Source: a virus (Duplodnaviria; Caudoviricetes). From it: 64,000 nt of DNA. The stretch is from positions 84,473-148,472 of the IMG/VR virus record IMGVR_UViG_3300010429_001883. One strand, written 5' to 3'. Below, in pieces: positions 58,554-64,000 of this stretch; within the stretch, counting starts at the first letter, position 1, and every line of letters begins with the position of its first letter. Position numbers and translations under genes: made by a program. Below the pieces are notes generated by a model, which ran no database searches, had not been told where the DNA came from, and saw only the letters and a list, made by a program, of their open reading frames with translations.

Positions 58554-61463
58554 ATGGCACTTATTATAAATGTTGAAGACCGTGCCGGGCAACCAATACG
58601 AGTTAACATTGTACCCAAAAACCCGTGTGTTGAGGTCTTTAATACCGTTCAATTTACTGCCATAGTAGAAAACTCTACAAATGGGGCTGTAACTTGGTCT
58701 GTTTTTGGTCCAGATGGTACAGCTACTATAAATACTGCTGGATTATTTACTGCACTTGCATCTCCAAGCGGAGAAAATGTTATAGTAAGAGCCATATCTT
58801 CTGCCGATCCAAAGGTTTATTCAGATGTTTATGTAGACATAGTGGAAGATGAGGGGGAGTGTTGTAGCCCTCTCGTTGATATTTCTCCTTCAGTTTTACA
58901 GTTAACGCCTGGAGAAACCTATGAATTTGATGTATATGAAAACGGCTTGCTGGCAGATAATTGGAATTTTAATTGGGAGATAACTGGGCAAGGCAGTGTA
59001 ACTCCAAGTGGAGCGTATACTGCTCCAACTGTAATTACTGGAGAAATATATTGTATTGATTATGTACATGCTATTTCTCCATCTGCGGAACTTGGGTGTT
59101 ATGGTGACACAACGATAGTTGTTAGTAACAATCCAATCTATGTAAAAATTTTACCAAGCACACAAACAGCGGCACTAAACGAAACAGTAACATATACAGC
59201 TACTGTTTATGGCGTTGGCAATCAAAATGTTATTTGGACAGTAGAAAATTACTTAGAACAATTAACTAATCCTATTTCTTATACACCTACTGGGTATACA
59301 ACTGAAGCCCTTTCAATTACTGCTCCTGCTGTTTTACCATCTAATCCGTATATAAGAATTAGGGCAACTTCTATAATAGATCCAAGTATTTATGACGAAG
59401 CTATTCTTCAAATTGTTTCTTCTAGCATTCCTTTTACATATAAGCATTATACAAAATATTATGTTAGAGAAAGACAGGTTGAATACACTTACGATAGCCT
59501 AGAAAATGCTTGGATTGCAACAACTTCTACACCAGTTGCTGAAACTGTGTTTCAAAAAACAGACCCATATAAGGGATTACCAGAGTTTACTGTTTCTTCT
59601 ATACGGCAATCCTGGCCCGTTCGCATAAATAAAACAACGATAACAGAACGAACGATGCCAACAGGCACATCTGCGACTTATCCTATTTGGGTAACTGCCC
59701 ACGATGATTACACCATACTTGGGCTTCCTGCTTCCGATCCTACATATAGTGCGTGGGCAAGATCTTATAAAATTCCCATGTATTCTAGAGTTTATCTTAC
59801 AATTAATCTAACTGGAACAATTACTTCGCCAACTGCAGAATTTTTACAGCACGATTTTTCAAGTATTGGTTCTACTATAGATGTAATTACAACAAATGTT
59901 CATCAATCAGAAACACTGGCATTCTTGTCTAGTACTAAAATAACATTTGTATATTATACAACAAGCGGATTCTTTAGAGGTACGCAGGGTGCTGGCTTTG
60001 ATCCGGCCTCTGATGCATATGATATCGTTAAATTTACTTGTTATAAAGACGGTAATTTATATGCTACGACATTGTATTTTAGACCAGAACCGGAACTGCC
60101 TGAAGTATTTCCAGAAGTGGCTGGACCTAAAATAACCGGTGCTTTGGGTATGTATATTCCTGGAGAGGTTCCAACAACTATAACCAACAAGTTAGAAGGG
60201 ACGCCAATGACATATACTTCCACTCCAGGAAATATAGTTGAATGGGAGTGCGAAGGAGACCTGTGCAAAGTTGATTGGACAAATACAACGTTTGGGTTGT
60301 TTAGCGATCTTCCTTATACGGAACAACCGGCGGGTACAGACATCAATGTTGAAACACAGTATTCACAGCAAACAGGAATCATAAAAAGAACTTCTGTTGA
60401 TTTAACTGCACCCGTGCAGCCTGCATATTTTATGCATTATTATCACGGCATGTGGTTAGTTGCCTGTCCTGCTGTTTGCTTGCCGTTGCGGTATTGGTCA
60501 ACATCAGGAATTTTAGCCAGTACTGTTAATACTACTACTTCTTCTACAACAAATACGGTAGTTGGAGGAACAAGTACTACAACAAATGGAACAGAAACAA
60601 CAACCAATACAGTTGACGAAATAACATCTTATGTAACACAAGGTACAGGAGATGCAACTACAAGCACTGTAAATTATTTTCCAGTATATCAACTTAAATT
60701 CCAAGCAATTAAAAATAGACATTATATGTCACATTCGCCAAACTTACTATCTAAATCAGCATATCCATGTAATTTAAAGTTTGAACTAGTGAATGAGGCA
60801 ATTCAAGTAGATGCCAGACCAACATGCAGCACAAGAACGGCAACGCTGCCGGCAACAAATGGTTCTTTAACTGTGGCAGTTGGGAAAGAAACAACATTTT
60901 CAACAAACATTTGGACATTTACTGGCCCTGCCAAAATGATGTTTTTGAAAGTAACACCAATTTTATTTGGTGGTACTTATAGTAAAGCAACATATGTACC
61001 AATCTTCCTTTATGGAGTAATTACTTCTGGACAAACAATTAGTGCCGAAACAACTGATTGCTATTATAATGTCAAGCTCAGATTCTTTGGTTATCACCTA
61101 CATGCTACAAATTGGACATATAATGTGACAACATCCTGGCCAGAAAACATGTGGAAGCATGCTTGTGGAACGTGGCATAATGGTGCTGACGAAGTCGGCG
61201 GCACGTTGGATGGAATTTCAATTGCTGTTCCTAGAACACCAACAACTAATTTGAGTACTCATACTTTTGCTAAACTACGCGTAGATGGATTTATTTCATG
61301 TACTCGGTATGTGGCTGGCAACGAAGTATTTTATTCTAAAATGGCTACAGATGCTGAAGGATCTAGTATAACAACTACTGATAAAATTAGACAAGGCGTT
61401 CATAGCAACTTCTTTGTGTCGGTTTACTCATATAATGTAACCAACACTCTATACAACTTTTAG
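58554..61463 (+). CDS. Ig-like (Big_2-type) repeat fibre protein with Thr-rich linker
   Basis: Three repeats of V.I.P....V...TVQFTA.V......VTW....G.FTAP; Thr-rich run at about 60519-60620. Confidence 0.7.
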   Translation: MALIINVEDRAGQPIRVNIVPKNPCVEVFNTVQFTAIVENSTNGAVTWSVFGPDGTATINTAGLFTALASPSGENVIVRAISSADPKVYSDVYVDIVEDEGECCSPLVDISPSVLQLTPGETYEFDVYENGLLADNWNFNWEITGQGSVTPSGAYTAPTVITGEIYCIDYVHAISPSAELGCYGDTTIVVSNNPIYVKILPSTQTAALNETVTYTATVYGVGNQNVIWTVENYLEQLTNPISYTPTGYTTEALSITAPAVLPSNPYIRIRATSIIDPSIYDEAILQIVSSSIPFTYKHYTKYYVRERQVEYTYDSLENAWIATTSTPVAETVFQKTDPYKGLPEFTVSSIRQSWPVRINKTTITERTMPTGTSATYPIWVTAHDDYTILGLPASDPTYSAWARSYKIPMYSRVYLTINLTGTITSPTAEFLQHDFSSIGSTIDVITTNVHQSETLAFLSSTKITFVYYTTSGFFRGTQGAGFDPASDAYDIVKFTCYKDGNLYATTLYFRPEPELPEVFPEVAGPKITGALGMYIPGEVPTTITNKLEGTPMTYTSTPGNIVEWECEGDLCKVDWTNTTFGLFSDLPYTEQPAGTDINVETQYSQQTGIIKRTSVDLTAPVQPAYFMHYYHGMWLVACPAVCLPLRYWSTSGILASTVNTTTSSTTNTVVGGTSTTTNGTETTTNTVDEITSYVTQGTGDATTSTVNYFPVYQLKFQAIKNRHYMSHSPNLLSKSAYPCNLKFELVNEAIQVDARPTCSTRTATLPATNGSLTVAVGKETTFSTNIWTFTGPAKMMFLKVTPILFGGTYSKATYVPIFLYGVITSGQTISAETTDCYYNVKLRFFGYHLHATNWTYNVTTSWPENMWKHACGTWHNGADEVGGTLDGISIAVPRTPTTNLSTHTFAKLRVDGFISCTRYVAGNEVFYSKMATDAEGSSITTTDKIRQGVHSNFFVSVYSYNVTNTLYNF

Positions 61464-61471
61464 GATATAAG

Positions 61472-62881
61472 ATGTTAATAAAAGGCCGAATATATGATTT
61501 ACCTAAGATGGTTGTTGTCCACCCGACATCGGTGACCATACCTGGCGGCGAGGATTCAACATATCAATTTACAGCTTCGGTTTATAATACAAGTCAAAAA
61601 GCTTTAGAGTGGACTATTATTTCTGGTGGGGGGTTCATTGATGCCGATACAGGTCTTTATTATGGTCCTTCAGGAATTATTCCTGCTACTACAACAGTTA
61701 TTATACAGGCTACTTTAAGAATTGATCCTAGTATTTATGGTAGGGCTACAATAACAATTGAAGAAAATAGAGCGATTACTGTAACTGTTACTCGTGTTGA
61801 TGTATATGATAACTTTATTGGTGACATTCATTCCATGAGCGAATTTGTACAGAGGGCCGTTCTTTATCCTGATGAAGTTGAAGGAGGAATAACAGGGTGG
61901 ATACACAGTAGCGTTGTTACTGGAGACAGCTACGCTATTGCTGATAGTGTTCCTATTTATAGTGAATATTGGTTTGAAGCTTCTACAGTAAATGCCACAG
62001 GTGGAACTGAATACCCTGAAATTTCTGGATATATAATTTCCAATAGTTACACAAATTTAGCCACTAGGCTTGAAAATCTGGATAATGTAGTTGTAGTTTA
62101 TCCTATTATTACATCAAGAGATGATTATGCTACGTGTCCTGGTTGGCCTGCGAATGTAACTACAACGTCTCCAGAAGGTGTTGTTATAGGAATAGATACT
62201 AGTTACCTTGGAGGCGGTGGAGATCTCCACAAAGAGTATACGTTGCTCTGGCGCCGCGGTGACGATATGTTAACGTGGTATAATTGCCCAACAGGCATGG
62301 TAACTGCCATGGTTCCTGGGAAAGCTCCAGGGGGACAAGTTATTATATTTAACCCGAATCCTATAGATATAAACGGAGACGGTTGCTATACTAATTTTCA
62401 TTCGTTTAATATAACAACAAGAGATGTTGTTAAGCCAGACTTGGCGTTGTACAACTACTCCTCTAATTATGAATTTAATGATGAAGATTGCTGGAATTTT
62501 TATATTCCAATAGCTACTCCATCTTCAGCAGTGGATTATATAACTGTTGATATGACAGACTCTTGGCAGACAGAAACTATACCAGTTTATTATATGCCTT
62601 ACATGGAAAGTGCCTCACCGCCTTCTGGCAGTGTTGGAACTGAGATAACACTTTACGCTGGCGAAAACGGACGTTTCTACGATGATATGAATTTTATCAT
62701 AAATGATACTCATGTAATAAATAATTTTACCATAACTGATGGAAATTACTTGACTTTTATATTACCAGATGTTAATATGTTAGGTGCTATAGATTTAAAG
62801 ATACAATGGAAATCATTTGAGTATTCTAATTATGGGGTTTATTTAACTGCCGATTTCCCAAAATTTTTTATAGTTGTTTAG
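61472..62881 (+). CDS. Ig-like protein (N-terminal Big_2-like, C-terminal IPT/TIG-like)
   Basis: VHPTSVTIP...YQFTASV...LEW...GFIDADTGLY; SASPPSGSVGTEITL...LTFILP. Confidence 0.65.
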   Translation: MLIKGRIYDLPKMVVVHPTSVTIPGGEDSTYQFTASVYNTSQKALEWTIISGGGFIDADTGLYYGPSGIIPATTTVIIQATLRIDPSIYGRATITIEENRAITVTVTRVDVYDNFIGDIHSMSEFVQRAVLYPDEVEGGITGWIHSSVVTGDSYAIADSVPIYSEYWFEASTVNATGGTEYPEISGYIISNSYTNLATRLENLDNVVVVYPIITSRDDYATCPGWPANVTTTSPEGVVIGIDTSYLGGGGDLHKEYTLLWRRGDDMLTWYNCPTGMVTAMVPGKAPGGQVIIFNPNPIDINGDGCYTNFHSFNITTRDVVKPDLALYNYSSNYEFNDEDCWNFYIPIATPSSAVDYITVDMTDSWQTETIPVYYMPYMESASPPSGSVGTEITLYAGENGRFYDDMNFIINDTHVINNFTITDGNYLTFILPDVNMLGAIDLKIQWKSFEYSNYGVYLTADFPKFFIVV

Positions 62882-62893
62882 GATTTATAATTT

Positions 62894-63505
62894 ATGAATA
62901 CTAAATTAGAAATTAATGCATTAAAAGCAAGAATGTCCGCCCTTGAAGACAATCTTGCTAGAGTTATTGCTCAATTAAATGGATTAGCAACAACTAAAGC
63001 ACTATCTAATTTGAGTGCTTTGTTTAATGCGGACGCAAATACCAAGACATCTCAAATAGCTTCATTAACTTCTACTGTGGCTAGCCATACAGCACTTATT
63101 GCTACTTTGATGGAGTATCTTAATTTATCAACCGGGGCAACTGGAGAAACGGGGGCAACAGGAGCAACTGGGCCGACCGGTGCAACCGGAGCTACGCCGC
63201 AGGTGTTCGCGCTGGACGAGCCCGGGGCGCTGGTGGACGGGACGCTGTGCACATGGGTGGCTGCTGCCGGCAGTATCACGGCGGCGGCGGGTGTCGTGGT
63301 GACCGGGCCGACTGGTGCAATGACTCTGACGTTAAACAAGAATGGTGTTGCATCGGCTGTGCTGACGTGGGCGCCGAGCGGAACCACGGCGACATCGAGC
63401 GGCCTGCCGGTGACGCTGACGGGAGGGGAGACGATGACGGCGGTGCTGGCGACATCGGTTGGCGCTGCCAACCTGACGGCTAACTTCCGGGGGGTGCTGT
63501 CGTGA
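62894..63505 (+). CDS. Short fibre protein: coiled coil, collagen-like repeat, beta-tip
   Basis: 203 aa; heptad N-terminus, (G-X-T)7, C-terminal part encoded in high-GC DNA. Confidence 0.65.
   Translation: MNTKLEINALKARMSALEDNLARVIAQLNGLATTKALSNLSALFNADANTKTSQIASLTSTVASHTALIATLMEYLNLSTGATGETGATGATGPTGATGATPQVFALDEPGALVDGTLCTWVAAAGSITAAAGVVVTGPTGAMTLTLNKNGVASAVLTWAPSGTTATSSGLPVTLTGGETMTAVLATSVGAANLTANFRGVLS
63131..63196 (+). repeat. Collagen-like G-X-T repeat (7 units)
   Basis: TGATGETGATGATGPTGATGAT. Confidence 0.85.
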
Positions 63506-63693
63506 GGATCATGACCATTTATGAAACCGAGTCGGACTGGTGCGCGCTGGTGGAGCTGTCGAGCGGCGCCAAAACCACGCTGACGTTCGCCCGGCAGCCG
63601 AACGAGGCCGAGGTCGAGGCGTTGGCGGCGGCCCTGGAGCTGCCGGTAGAGACGACGCCGGAGGTGGAAGCCGAAGATGGCGCCGTCATCTAA
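63502..63693 (+). CDS. Small acidic hypothetical protein (high-GC segment)
   Basis: 63 aa, GTG start overlapping the previous stop, GC-rich third codon positions. Confidence 0.55.
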   Translation: MRIMTIYETESDWCALVELSSGAKTTLTFARQPNEAEVEALAAALELPVETTPEVEAEDGAVI

Positions 63694-63913
63694 AGCAACG
63701 GCTGTCATGGCCGCCGACAAACCGCGCAAGAGCATCAAGCTGACGCCGGGTAAGGAGCGGCAGTTTCGGGCCGCCCTGGCCGACATGAAGGCGCATTACG
63801 GTGACGTGCTGGCCGCCTTGGGCAGCCTGACGGCCGAACAGCAGGCCGACGTGCTGGCGCACTCGCCGCTGCTGGCCGAGTTGAAGGCGCTGACGGAACC
63901 GTTGAGGGGGTAG
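63677..63913 (+). CDS. Small hypothetical protein (high-GC segment)
   Basis: 78 aa, GGAGG upstream, GC-rich third codon positions. Confidence 0.5.
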   Translation: MAPSSKATAVMAADKPRKSIKLTPGKERQFRAALADMKAHYGDVLAALGSLTAEQQADVLAHSPLLAELKALTEPLRG

Positions 63914-63916
63914 GGC

Positions 63917-64000
63917 ATGGGAACGATCACATCGGCCGGTAGCGGTAATTGGGGCACTGGCGCGACCTGGGTAGGCGGCTCAGTACCCGCGAATGGGGAT
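63917..64000 (+). CDS. Start of a G8-like or adhesin-type protein, truncated by the window end
   Basis: MGTITSAGSGNWGTGATWVGGSVPANGD matches the S..SGNW....TW.GG.VP..GD opening motif; not in the ORF track. Confidence 0.55.
   Translation, partial: MGTITSAGSGNWGTGATWVGGSVPANGD

Noticed and set aside
1721-61906. Many short minus-strand and out-of-frame ORFs in the track
   Set aside because: Nearly all lie within long + strand genes and show no recognisable motifs; treated as shadows.
63052-63786. 244-aa minus-strand ORF and other alternative frames in the high-GC end
   Set aside because: Shadow frames from stop-poor GC-rich DNA; codon bias and gene coupling favour the + strand genes.
1-64000. 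Stop-codon reassignment as in some large phages
   Set aside because: TAA, TAG and TGA all end genes at tight junctions and coding density is high under the standard code.
54550-64000. Diversity-generating retroelement or invertible fibre cassette
   Set aside because: No reverse transcriptase, recombinase, template/variable repeat pair or inverted flanks seen in the window.
1-64000. tRNA, rRNA or other structured RNA genes
   Set aside because: Intergenic gaps are under about 100 nt and are explained by hairpins and RBSs; no cloverleaf seen.

Overview
The window is one continuous, tightly packed + strand segment of a large tailed dsDNA phage with a contractile tail (myovirus type, probably a large or jumbo genome). 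It is AT-rich, uses the standard genetic code and has GGAGG ribosome-binding sites. Gene order: three unknown ORFs, portal, prohead protease/scaffold, head decoration, major capsid, Ig-like protein, neck/completion genes, tail sheath, three tail-tube paralogues, a chaperone-like gene, two giant proteins at the tape-measure position, a baseplate hub with an M23 peptidase, baseplate wedge genes and a long run of Ig/lectin-like fibre genes. Thymidylate kinase, a Rad52/Sak-like annealase and an intein-split family-A DNA polymerase sit inside this structural operon. The most striking signals are in the two giant proteins. (1) The 1649-aa ORF (25515-30464) carries, in the correct order, motifs resembling both barrels of a two-barrel RNA polymerase, with a non-canonical catalytic loop DRDKD exactly 35 residues after an R-x-P motif. 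(2) The 2338-aa ORF (18499-25515) strings together DEDDh exonuclease, RecB/Cas4-like nuclease, degenerate SNase-like and HAD phosphatase domains; two of these are bracketed by paired FGSG[YF] peptide repeats, like cassettes. Together they suggest a virion-delivered enzyme payload (inference). At about 63.2 kb, inside a collagen-like repeat, the DNA switches abruptly to very high GC. All family calls come from reading motifs by eye; no database search was run.
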